Of a stretch of DNA of 33,228 bases, positions 8,502 through 16,269 are shown piece after piece (the first letter of the stretch is position 1; each line of letters begins with the position of its first letter). The notes beneath the pieces were generated by a model. That model saw only the letters and a program-made list of their open reading frames with translations. It had not been told where the DNA came from and did no database searches. Source of the DNA: Candidatus Zixiibacteriota bacterium (GTDB taxonomy: Bacteria > Zixibacteria > MSB-5A5 > GN15 > FEB-12); assembly GCA_034659415.1 (NCBI GenBank), contig JAYEHE010000291.1, positions 1 through 33,228 of the forward strand, given 5' to 3'. A program made the translations under genes and the position numbers.

Positions 8502-9959
8502 ATGGCTTTAAAAACTTATGCTCAATATCTTGAGTCACTCAAAAAACTTAAACCGAATATCTATAAATTCGATGAGCTTATAGATGATGTTACAACTCAT
8601 CCGGCAACTAAAAGAACTGTTGAGGGGCATGGCAGAACATTCAAAGCGGCTTTTGATGATGAGTTAAAAGATAAATTTACCACTACTTCGCATCTCACCG
8701 GAGAAACGATTAGCAGATATTTATCTATAGTTCAAACGCCCGAAGATATGTATGCTAACTTGGATTTGAAGCGATTAATGTTTCAATTAACCGGGACCTG
8801 TACCGGTGGAAGGTGTGCCGGTTGGACAGCTCTTAATGCTATGTTCGTAACGACCTGGGAAATGGATAAAGAATATGGGACAGATTATCATCAGAGATTT
8901 TTAACATGGCTTAAAGATGCTCAAGAAAGAGATATTTGTATCGCCGGAGCAATAACCGATGCCAAAGGGGATCGTACCAAAACTCCATCTCAGCAGGAAG
9001 ACAAAGATGTCTTTTTACATTTAAAAGAAAAAAGAGATGATGGAATTATTGTCAGAGGTGCAAAAGTTATGATTTGCGGTATAGCGGCATCTAATGAAAT
9101 ATTTGTTATCCCGGGATCAGGTTACAGGGAAGATGACAAAGATTGTGCTATCTCATTTGTAATTCCAAGAGATATTGAAGGCTTAACAATTGTTGAGACC
9201 CGTCACCCAAGCGATAAACGGGATGAAGAAGAAGGCTTTGATAATCCTGTTACCGAAGGTGGCATAACACAGGCATTTCTTTTCTTTGAAGATGTGTTTA
9301 TTCCTAATGAACGAGTTTTTATGTGTGAGGAATATAAATATAGCCTAAAAGCTATCAGTAATTTCATTATGCCATATCGTGCCGCAATCGGTGGTTGTGT
9401 TGCCGGTCAGGGAGATATTAAAATAGGTTCGGCTATTCTTACCGCTCGCACTAACGGGCTGAGTTCTAAAGTTTTTAAAGATAAAATTATTCAAATGCAC
9501 ATAAATAATGAAACTACGTTTGGAATGGGTATTGCCGCCTCCGCAAAAGGTAAGAAACATCCTTCCGGTGCATGGCTATGCAATCCATTATTATCAAATG
9601 TAAATAAAGTTCATGTTGCAACCCTTCCTTATGATACATCTGTTCTGGCACAGGATATTGCGGGGGGGATAGCTGAAACCGGATGTATGCCATCTTATAT
9701 AGATTATGAATCAAAAAAATACGGGCATCTGATAAAAAAATATATGACTGCTAAACACTCGGCTGAATCACGTACTCGTTCCGCTCGTTTGGTTGAGTGG
9801 ACTACTGTTGGGGGAGGAATTCCCGGATGTATGCATGGTGGTGGTTCGCCTGATGGTGCTAAACTGGTTATTCGTGGTACGGCTAATCTTGAAGAAAAAG
9901 TTCAGGCTGCTAAAAAACTGGCTGGGATTACAGAAGATATCCCCGAGCCGGGTAAGTAG
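8502..9959 (+). CDS. abfD: 4-hydroxybutyryl-CoA dehydratase / vinylacetyl-CoA isomerase family protein (HpaB/AbfD superfamily)
   Basis: Strong RBS aggagg. 485 aa. End-to-end resemblance to AbfD as I recall it (AQYLESLKKL..., GDRTKTPSQQEDKDVFLHLKEKRDDGIIVRGAKV, VFEDVFIPNERVFMCEEY, HGGGSPDGAKLVIRG). Cys pair in GTCTGGRCAGW and a later GGC motif. The gene symbol is tentative. Confidence 0.8.
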   Translation: MALKTYAQYLESLKKLKPNIYKFDELIDDVTTHPATKRTVEGHGRTFKAAFDDELKDKFTTTSHLTGETISRYLSIVQTPEDMYANLDLKRLMFQLTGTCTGGRCAGWTALNAMFVTTWEMDKEYGTDYHQRFLTWLKDAQERDICIAGAITDAKGDRTKTPSQQEDKDVFLHLKEKRDDGIIVRGAKVMICGIAASNEIFVIPGSGYREDDKDCAISFVIPRDIEGLTIVETRHPSDKRDEEEGFDNPVTEGGITQAFLFFEDVFIPNERVFMCEEYKYSLKAISNFIMPYRAAIGGCVAGQGDIKIGSAILTARTNGLSSKVFKDKIIQMHINNETTFGMGIAASAKGKKHPSGAWLCNPLLSNVNKVHVATLPYDTSVLAQDIAGGIAETGCMPSYIDYESKKYGHLIKKYMTAKHSAESRTRSARLVEWTTVGGGIPGCMHGGGSPDGAKLVIRGTANLEEKVQAAKKLAGITEDIPEPGK

Positions 9960-10072
9960 TTGTGCGGGTAGGTAGTTGTGATCTACCGCTTGTTAATCAT
10001 AACTATTTAAGTGTCGGGTCACAATCCACCTTTGGTGAATTAGGACCCGACACAACTGCAAAGAACTTTTTT

Positions 10073-10112
10073 AAATGTCACCCCTGCGAAAGCAGGGGTC
10101 TAAGTTCATTTG
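10073..10112 (+). repeat. 40-nt hairpin module, copy A (GAAA tetraloop)
   Basis: aaatgtcacccctgcgaaagcaggggtctaagttcatttg. The inner 8-bp stem acccctgc/gcaggggt closes a GAAA loop (10080..10099). The outer 5-bp stem is aaatg/cattt. A degenerate tandem copy follows directly (10117..10156, tgtcatccctgcggatgcag...). Confidence 0.8.
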
Positions 10113-10344
10113 TCTCTGTCATCCCTGCGGATGCAGTAAAGTAGTTCAGGTTTCTCTTTTTTGGAAACCTGACATTTATATTTTTATGCAGATAGGCAGG
10201 TCTCAAGACAAAGAGAGACCTGCCCTACTATTATTAGTGATAGGTAGATAGAGATGTTGAAGCCACAAGGAATTTGATTTTCTTCTAACAAAATTAAAAA
10301 ATAATAATTATTGGGTTTATGAGGCAGTGTCATGAATTTTTTGT

Positions 10345-10384
10345 AAATGTCACCCCTGCGAAAGTAGGGGTCTAGGTTCATTTG
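10345..10384 (+). repeat. 40-nt hairpin module, copy B
   Basis: aaatgtcacccctgcgaaagtaggggtctaggttcatttg. It matches copy A at 38/40 positions and lies 272 nt downstream. The stem substitution C to T gives a G.U pair only if the + strand is transcribed. Confidence 0.8.
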
Positions 10385-10470
10385 GGATGAATCCAAATAT
10401 TCGTAGAAAAGTAGATATTAATTTTTGTGCTTTACAGTTTGCCAATAGCAGGTTTTGATAAAATATCCTT

Positions 10471-11112
10471 CTACAAAATATCTGCTTTCTTGAGTGCCCG
10501 GGCAAATTTTGATTCTGTTTGTCGGATAAATGGAATATCGAGGGTTAAGAATAATTTTCTAAGGTTAGCCTCGATTGTTTCAATTTTTGAAGTATCTGAA
10601 AGTTCCAGTTCTAATTCATATTCAACCGAGCCATCATTAAATTCTGTTTTATCAATTTCCAGCATATAATTTTGGTCGTTAATTTTAAATAGTTTACGTT
10701 GACGAACATTTTCAAATTGCACTAACCGTTCAACTTTTATTTTTCCAACTTCCTGACGGAGATATTCTACCGGCATTGCAGGAAGTTCCATAACATCTGC
10801 TTGTAAATTTATTAATGCTATGGCATCCTGTCGGTTGATTTGAGTTTCTACTTCTTGTCTTATCGTTGCGATACTTTTGTTGGTGGCAATACTTTTAATA
10901 GTAACCAGTCCTCTTCGGCTTTCAGCCCTAACTCTTAAAGCCCACCCCGCATTGGCTAATTTACGATTATTACTGTCAAAGAATGCGTTTATTTGTCTTG
11001 TTTCATCTTCAATATGTCCCAAAAAACCAATTAATTTCAAATAATTGGTAAAAGAACCAAGGTCGAGCTTGATTTCTATTTCCTGAGTCATTTTATGATT
11101 TTCGTTCATCAC
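10471..11112 (-). CDS. CYTH-domain protein (class IV adenylate cyclase / triphosphatase fold)
   Basis: 213 aa. N-terminal EIEIKLDL is the CYTH ExExK signature. Later acidic/basic strands are LRVRAE, YMLEIDKTEF and VEYELELEL. Confidence 0.72.
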   Translation of the reverse strand: MMNENHKMTQEIEIKLDLGSFTNYLKLIGFLGHIEDETRQINAFFDSNNRKLANAGWALRVRAESRRGLVTIKSIATNKSIATIRQEVETQINRQDAIALINLQADVMELPAMPVEYLRQEVGKIKVERLVQFENVRQRKLFKINDQNYMLEIDKTEFNDGSVEYELELELSDTSKIETIEANLRKLFLTLDIPFIRQTESKFARALKKADIL

Positions 11113-11185
11113 ATTTAATATAATAAAATAATTAGCATATAAAATAAAAAAATACCAAATTAATTAAATTAAATTGGGATTTGGT

Positions 11186-12724
11186 TTAAACTTTATATAG
11201 GTTAGTGATTTCTTCATTGGAATCACCGTCAAATACTCTATAATCCTGAAGAGGCATAGTTGTATCCCTGACAACATTTACCTTAAACTTATTTATCTTC
11301 ATCAATCTCATAACTCTATCTGACCCGTTATCGGACATTGCTTCGGCTAACATCGGATTTATAATCAAATGGAACGAGGAATACTCTTTACTTGCTTTAG
11401 CCCTCATAAACCAACGTTCAATTTTTGTTGCCATAGTTTCTCTCGATAAAACTCTACCCAATCCATTACAGTGGGTACACGGATCAGACAGTTTGTGTAA
11501 ATGAGATGGTCGAACCCTTTCTCTTGTCATTTCCATGAGACCAAAATCAGTTACCTGATTAACAGCTCTTTTGGCTCGGTCATTTGCAAGGGATCTTATG
11601 AATTCTTCGTATAATTTTCTTCGGTTATCCCTATTGTACATGTCGATAAAATCAAAAACCAAAAGACCACCGATATCTCTAAGTCTTACCTGACGGGCAA
11701 TCTCTCTTGCGGCATCGATATTTGTTTTATAAATAGTTTCTTCCTGATCTTTTCCCCCTACATACCTTCCGGTATTGACATCAATTGTTACCATCGCTTC
11801 GGTTTGGTCAATAATCAGATAGGCACCTTTTTTAAGCCATACTTTACGTTCGAGCATACTATCAATTTCTGGTTCCAGATCATAGAGATCAAATAGCGGT
11901 TGTTCTCCTTTATATAGTTCGACTCGGTTTTTAAGATGAGGTGCAACCTGGCGGGAATAGCTGATTATTCTTTTATAATCATTTTTGTTATCAATAAGTA
12001 TTCTCTCTACATCATCGGTGAAGATATCTCTTATCATAGAAACTGTCATTTCCGCTTCTTTGTGTATCAAAAAGGGAGCTTGAGAGTTATCAGCTTTCTT
12101 TTTCAGTGATCGCCATAGTTTTAGCAATCTTTTAATATCAGATCTAAAATTTGGTTCTTCCTGACCTTCTCCTTCGGTTCTGATAATAAGACCAAAGCCC
12201 TCAGGTCTTAAAGGGTTAAGTATCTTTTTAAGCCGTTTTCTCTCTCCCCAATTTGAAATTCTTTTTGAAACCCGCACATGGTCATCATCTGGAACTAAAA
12301 CCAGATATCTCCCAGGAATCGAAATTTCTGTAGTGATACGGGGTCCTTTGGTTGAGATAGGTTCTTTTATGATTTGAACAAGAACTTCCTGATTTTTCTT
12401 TAAGACGCGTTCAATAGAAACTTTTCGTTTTTTTCTGATAATTTCAGCAGGAGCTTCTTCATCATCGAAATCATCATGATCAAAATTTTTGCCACTCTCT
12501 TTACCGATATCCGATGAATGCAAGTATGCCGCACGGCTAAATCCAATATCAATAAAAGCCGCCTGCATCCCCGGGAGTACGGTTCTTACAATACCTTTAT
12601 AGATATCGCCTACCATCCGTTCGCTAACTTCACGTTCAACCTGAAACTCAACTAATAAATCATTTTCCAGAATTGCCACGCGGGTCTCATAATCATTGGA
12701 ATTGATTAGTATTTCTTTTTTCAT
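11186..12724 (-). CDS. rng: Ribonuclease G/E family endoribonuclease (RNase G-sized)
   Basis: 512 aa. S1 domain GDIYKGIVRTVLPGMQAAFIDIG. DNase-I-like and Zn-link regions include IIDQTEAMVTIDVNTG, GGLLVFDFIDM and CTHCNGLGRV. Confidence 0.9.
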   Translation of the reverse strand: MKKEILINSNDYETRVAILENDLLVEFQVEREVSERMVGDIYKGIVRTVLPGMQAAFIDIGFSRAAYLHSSDIGKESGKNFDHDDFDDEEAPAEIIRKKRKVSIERVLKKNQEVLVQIIKEPISTKGPRITTEISIPGRYLVLVPDDDHVRVSKRISNWGERKRLKKILNPLRPEGFGLIIRTEGEGQEEPNFRSDIKRLLKLWRSLKKKADNSQAPFLIHKEAEMTVSMIRDIFTDDVERILIDNKNDYKRIISYSRQVAPHLKNRVELYKGEQPLFDLYDLEPEIDSMLERKVWLKKGAYLIIDQTEAMVTIDVNTGRYVGGKDQEETIYKTNIDAAREIARQVRLRDIGGLLVFDFIDMYNRDNRRKLYEEFIRSLANDRAKRAVNQVTDFGLMEMTRERVRPSHLHKLSDPCTHCNGLGRVLSRETMATKIERWFMRAKASKEYSSFHLIINPMLAEAMSDNGSDRVMRLMKINKFKVNVVRDTTMPLQDYRVFDGDSNEEITNLYKV

Positions 12725-12728
12725 TATT

Positions 12729-13697
12729 TTATTCCTTTACCCCTTGCGTAATTTCTCCAAATAAAGCACCGCATTGTAAGCGACAACCATTTATATAAGA
12801 TTTTCCATCCATTACTTTTTTCCCTTCCGGTTGAACCTGTGTTATTTCAACAGCTCCATTTGAACAACTGACCCACAATTTCTTTTTAACATTGATGACA
12901 GTTCCCGGACGGGGCAATTCATTAATATAAGGTTCAATTGATTCACTGCTTACCGGTATGGCAGATAATACTTTTAATTTTTTGTTGTTGTGAAAAGTAT
13001 ATGCTCCCGGACGGGTTGACATTCCTCGAACAAAATTCACAATTTGTTCAGCCGGAAAACCAAAATCAATCAAAGCATCAAATGGTTTAATCTTTGGTGC
13101 AGGAGAAACTTGAGTCTCATCTTGAGTAATTAGCTCATAATTACCAGTTTCAATCAAATCTAAAGATTCTAAAAGAAAATCTCCGGATATATCTGATAAA
13201 CGGTTATGAAGAGAGTCAAAATTCTCATTTGGTAATATTGTTAATTTTTTCTGGAGAATTATATCTCCGGTATCTACTGTTTTTTTTAAAAAGAAACTGG
13301 TCAATCCGGTTTCTTTTTCGCCATTTACTAAAGCCCAATTGATTGGAGCCGCACCACGATATTTGGGTAATAACGAGGCATGAATATTTATTGCTCCAAT
13401 TCGTGGGATATCAATCAATTTTTGCGGTAAAATTCTGAAAGCTATAACAATAAAAATATCAGCATCCAGAGCTTTAAGCTGTTCATAAAGAAAATCACTC
13501 TTAAGTGATTTTGCTTTAATAACTTTCAAATTTACGCAAGTTGCCGCTGAACAAACAGCTGTTGATTGCATTTTTTTACCGCGTCCCTGAGGTTTATCAT
13601 CTCCGGTTACTACAGCCACAATCTCATGTTTGCTTTGACACAATACTTCAAGCGGTTTACAGGCAAATTCAGGCGTGCCCATAAATACAATTTTCAT
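12729..13697 (-). CDS. fmt: Methionyl-tRNA formyltransferase
   Basis: MKIVFMGTPEFA..., INIHASLLPKYRGAAPINWAL, and a position directly downstream of def. Confidence 0.92.
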   Translation of the reverse strand: MKIVFMGTPEFACKPLEVLCQSKHEIVAVVTGDDKPQGRGKKMQSTAVCSAATCVNLKVIKAKSLKSDFLYEQLKALDADIFIVIAFRILPQKLIDIPRIGAINIHASLLPKYRGAAPINWALVNGEKETGLTSFFLKKTVDTGDIILQKKLTILPNENFDSLHNRLSDISGDFLLESLDLIETGNYELITQDETQVSPAPKIKPFDALIDFGFPAEQIVNFVRGMSTRPGAYTFHNNKKLKVLSAIPVSSESIEPYINELPRPGTVINVKKKLWVSCSNGAVEITQVQPEGKKVMDGKSYINGCRLQCGALFGEITQGVKE

Positions 13698-13763
13698 ATT
13701 GAAATTTAATAAAGTAGAACTATAACCTTAAAAAGGTTTAAAAAGGATATTGCAGAGCTTTTA

Positions 13764-14273
13764 TTACGAAGCGTGAGCCAGTTTTTTTAATTTATTTCTT
13801 AACAAGGTCCGTGCTATTGGCGATATTAAATCAATAAATAACTCACCCTCAAGATGACAGTATTCATGTAGGAATGCCCGGGCTAATAACCCTTCGGATT
13901 CCATCGTAAACTCTTTGCCGTTTAAATCTAATGCCTTAATTTTTACTTTTGCAGAACGGCTAATTTTTTGATAAATTCCCGGAAACGATAAACAACCTTC
14001 TTCCATTTCCACTAATTCTTCGCTTTTTTCGATAATTTCCGGGTTTATAAATACTTTAAGGGTGGCGTTTATATCGATAGCTGAAAGATCGACAATAAAA
14101 AGTCTTTTGAGTACGCCAATTTGTACAGCAGACAGACCTAAACCATTGGCTTTTTTTAGAGTGTCAACCATATCTGATACCAAATCTTTTATTTCCTGGT
14201 TGATATTTTCTACCGGCTGGGATGCTTCTCTCAGAACCGGATTGCCATATATAACAATCGGTTGTACTGCCAC
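13764..14273 (-). CDS. def: Peptide deformylase
   Basis: All three PDF motifs are present: GLGLSAVQIG, EGCLSFPG and HEYCHLEG (HExxH). Confidence 0.93.
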   Translation of the reverse strand: MAVQPIVIYGNPVLREASQPVENINQEIKDLVSDMVDTLKKANGLGLSAVQIGVLKRLFIVDLSAIDINATLKVFINPEIIEKSEELVEMEEGCLSFPGIYQKISRSAKVKIKALDLNGKEFTMESEGLLARAFLHEYCHLEGELFIDLISPIARTLLRNKLKKLAHAS

Positions 14274-14288
14274 AATAATTCCTTTTTT

Positions 14289-14597
14289 TTAGTTCTCAAC
14301 CTTGGCGGCAATCGAAGATTTCAAAAATTCGAGCTTAGTGTCATTGCTAATTTTTAAAACAATGCGGCTACGCTCTTCATCAATTGCGAAAATAGTGCCA
14401 AACATGCCACCTGAGGTTACAACTTTATCACCTTTCTTTAAATTTTGCAGAAGCTGATCATGTTCCTTCTGTTTTTTTCTCTGAGGACGGATTAGTAATA
14501 AATACATAATTACAAAAATTAATCCAAACCAGACCAGAGTTACAATTCCGCCTCCACCACCGTCCGGATTACCGGACATTAAAATTTGCCAATTCAA
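14289..14597 (-). CDS. yajC: Preprotein translocase subunit YajC
   Basis: 102 aa. One TM segment followed by LLIRPQRKKQKEH...LKKGDKVVTSGGMFGTI. TTG start about 10 nt after AAGGAG. Confidence 0.85.
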   Translation of the reverse strand: MNWQILMSGNPDGGGGGIVTLVWFGLIFVIMYLLLIRPQRKKQKEHDQLLQNLKKGDKVVTSGGMFGTIFAIDEERSRIVLKISNDTKLEFLKSSIAAKVEN

Positions 14598-14898
14598 TTT
14601 TTCTTTACTCCTTATATATAACAGACTTAGCTTTTTAATTTAGCCAGTCATAAAATTTATTCATATCACAACTTTCAAAATATACCGATAGTCAAAGACT
14701 TAGCCAAGTATTTATTTGTCAATTAACAAATTTGGGTTAATAAAGTTCTATTTTTTTTAATATAAGTGAATGGCATTAATTAAAATACGAAATAATAAGT
14801 AATTTTGCCGGCTTTTAATACTATTTAGCCTAATAATGTTCAAGTATAAGAGCTAATATGTTAAGAATAGGGAATATCTAACCGAATTTAATAATAAA

Positions 14899-14956
14899 AT
14901 GTATAAAATATATAAAAATATGTTGTAAATATATAATATTATGTTATAATAATCAT
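14899..14956 (+). promoter_or_regulatory. Three phased direct repeats (21-bp spacing) abutting the XRE regulator start codon; candidate operator/promoter
   Basis: atgtataaaatatata (14899), atgttgtaaatatata (14920) and atgttataataatcat (14941). The region is extremely AT-rich, so chance similarity is possible. Confidence 0.3.
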
Positions 14957-15217
14957 ATGAAAAACCAAAAACTATATAACAGGATTACAGTTTTAAGGGA
15001 AGAAAATAACTTTTCCCGAAAAGAACTTGCAAAAGAAATTGGGGTAAATTTTCAGACAGTTGGTTATCTGGAGAGGGAAGAATATAATCCTTCGTTAGGT
15101 TTGGCTTTTAGAATCAGTAAGATATTCAAATTGCCAATAGAAATGATTTTTTCAACTGAGCCAATGAAACCCCTGAGTCAGGAAGTTTTAAAATACAGAA
15201 AAAAGATGGGAGAATGA
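14957..15217 (+). CDS. XRE-family helix-turn-helix transcriptional regulator
   Basis: 86 aa. NRITVLREENNFSRKELAKEIGVNFQTVGYLEREEYNPSLGLAFRISKIF is a canonical Cro/C1 HTH. Confidence 0.88.
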   Translation: MKNQKLYNRITVLREENNFSRKELAKEIGVNFQTVGYLEREEYNPSLGLAFRISKIFKLPIEMIFSTEPMKPLSQEVLKYRKKMGE

Positions 15218-15218
15218 T

Positions 15219-15635
15219 ATGAGTAGAGCTATCAGACGATTACATGTAGTACTTAACTATTTTTGCATTATTGCAATTATTGTATTTTTTGCAATTGGAA
15301 AGATACATGGTTGGTCAAGTTCGATTCTAATTGTTATCGGACTTATTGCTGCTGTTGGGCTAATTAGTTTTATAACGCTTTATATCAAAAGCAAAGTTTG
15401 GAAATTGGTTCACGCTAAAATCGATAAACTTGATGAAAGAGAGGTTCAGCTTACACACGAATCATTGAGGCTATCTTATTCTATTTTCACTGTGGTTTCT
15501 CTTTTGGTATTGTTGATATTTGCCGTTACAGCTAAAGAATATGATTCACTGATAATGATTATATTTATTGGTTTGTTATATTTGGCACACACTTTGCCAG
15601 CCGCTATCATAGTTTGGAAGCAGAAAGAATTCTAA
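15219..15635 (+). CDS. Small integral membrane protein (about 4 TM segments), translationally coupled to the XRE regulator
   Basis: ATG lies 1 nt after the regulator stop codon, preceded by gggaga. Four hydrophobic segments are visible (e.g. FCIIAIIVFFAIG, ILIVIGLIAAVGLISFITLYI). Confidence 0.7.
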   Translation: MSRAIRRLHVVLNYFCIIAIIVFFAIGKIHGWSSSILIVIGLIAAVGLISFITLYIKSKVWKLVHAKIDKLDEREVQLTHESLRLSYSIFTVVSLLVLLIFAVTAKEYDSLIMIIFIGLLYLAHTLPAAIIVWKQKEF

Positions 15636-16042
15636 ACAACACCTGATTGTTTGTCATAATTTCTAATTCCCATAGCTCTGATTTTTTTCATACCTAATTT
15701 GTTGTAAAATGGTATAAGATTGTCATCACATGCCAGATCAATCATATAAAAATCTTTTAACTGATATAATATTCTTTTTACCAATTCGCTTCCTATCCCT
15801 TGTTTCTGGTATTTAGGAAGTACTTCCAGAAGTGGAAGATAGGCTGATAATGTTTTATCGCTGACAGCATTTATAAATCCTATAACCTGATTGATATTTT
15901 TATCTATTGCTAATACTATATGAGAACTATTTTCTAAAATTTTCAGATGTGTTTCTGGGGAAGGCGGTTTTGGCCATCCGACAAAAAAACCAGCAAGTTT
16001 GGTTGAAGTAATATTTTTTAAATTTGTTTGATAAAGAATCAT
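15632..16042 (-). CDS. GNAT-family N-acetyltransferase
   Basis: Acetyl-CoA motif VLPKYQKQGIGSELVKR, then FYNKLGM. I prefer ATG 16042 (MILYQTN...) because AGGAG sits 7 nt upstream. The track ORF extends to 16090. The stop codon overlaps the convergent membrane-protein gene by 4 nt. Confidence 0.8.
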   Translation of the reverse strand: MILYQTNLKNITSTKLAGFFVGWPKPPSPETHLKILENSSHIVLAIDKNINQVIGFINAVSDKTLSAYLPLLEVLPKYQKQGIGSELVKRILYQLKDFYMIDLACDDNLIPFYNKLGMKKIRAMGIRNYDKQSGVV

Positions 16043-16269
16043 AATAACTCCTGTGAAGTGTTTTAATTTTCTATAAAATAATATATACATGACTCTTTTA
16101 GTTGTTTTAAATTTTTATTTATTTAATATTTAGTTAAACAGCTTGACTATAAATTTTAAGGATATATATATCGCTTGTGAAAAAAGTCACCAGCATATTA
16201 TGATAAACTGGTGTTGTGCATAAATAAACATATAAAAAAGCTTAGTGAAAGCTTTAGGAGTAACTATAA

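Noticed and set aside
10073-10384. Possible mini CRISPR array formed by the repeated 40-nt hairpin element
   Set aside because: There are only two good copies, 272 nt apart, plus one degenerate abutting copy. There is no regular repeat-spacer periodicity and no cas genes in the window. The architecture does not fit a CRISPR array.
9962-10396. Track ORFs 9962..10144 (+, 60 aa) and 10184..10396 (-, 70 aa) as real small proteins
   Set aside because: Both are built largely from the hairpin and repeat sequences. They have no convincing RBS, use non-ATG or poorly placed starts, and have odd composition. The nucleotide-level palindromes explain the sequence better than coding does.
13764-14273. Peptide deformylase motif 3 reads HEYCH instead of the common HExDH
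   Set aside because: The metal-binding His/His and catalytic Glu of HExxH are intact. The variable positions differ among genuine deformylases, so this is not evidence of altered function.
14957-16090. XRE / membrane protein / GNAT as a toxin-antitoxin or abortive-infection module
   Set aside because: The GNAT gene is convergent, not co-transcribed with the XRE gene. It looks like an ordinary small acetyltransferase and lacks the RHH/DUF1778-type antitoxin partner typical of GNAT toxins. The membrane protein has no toxin-like motif that I can recognise.
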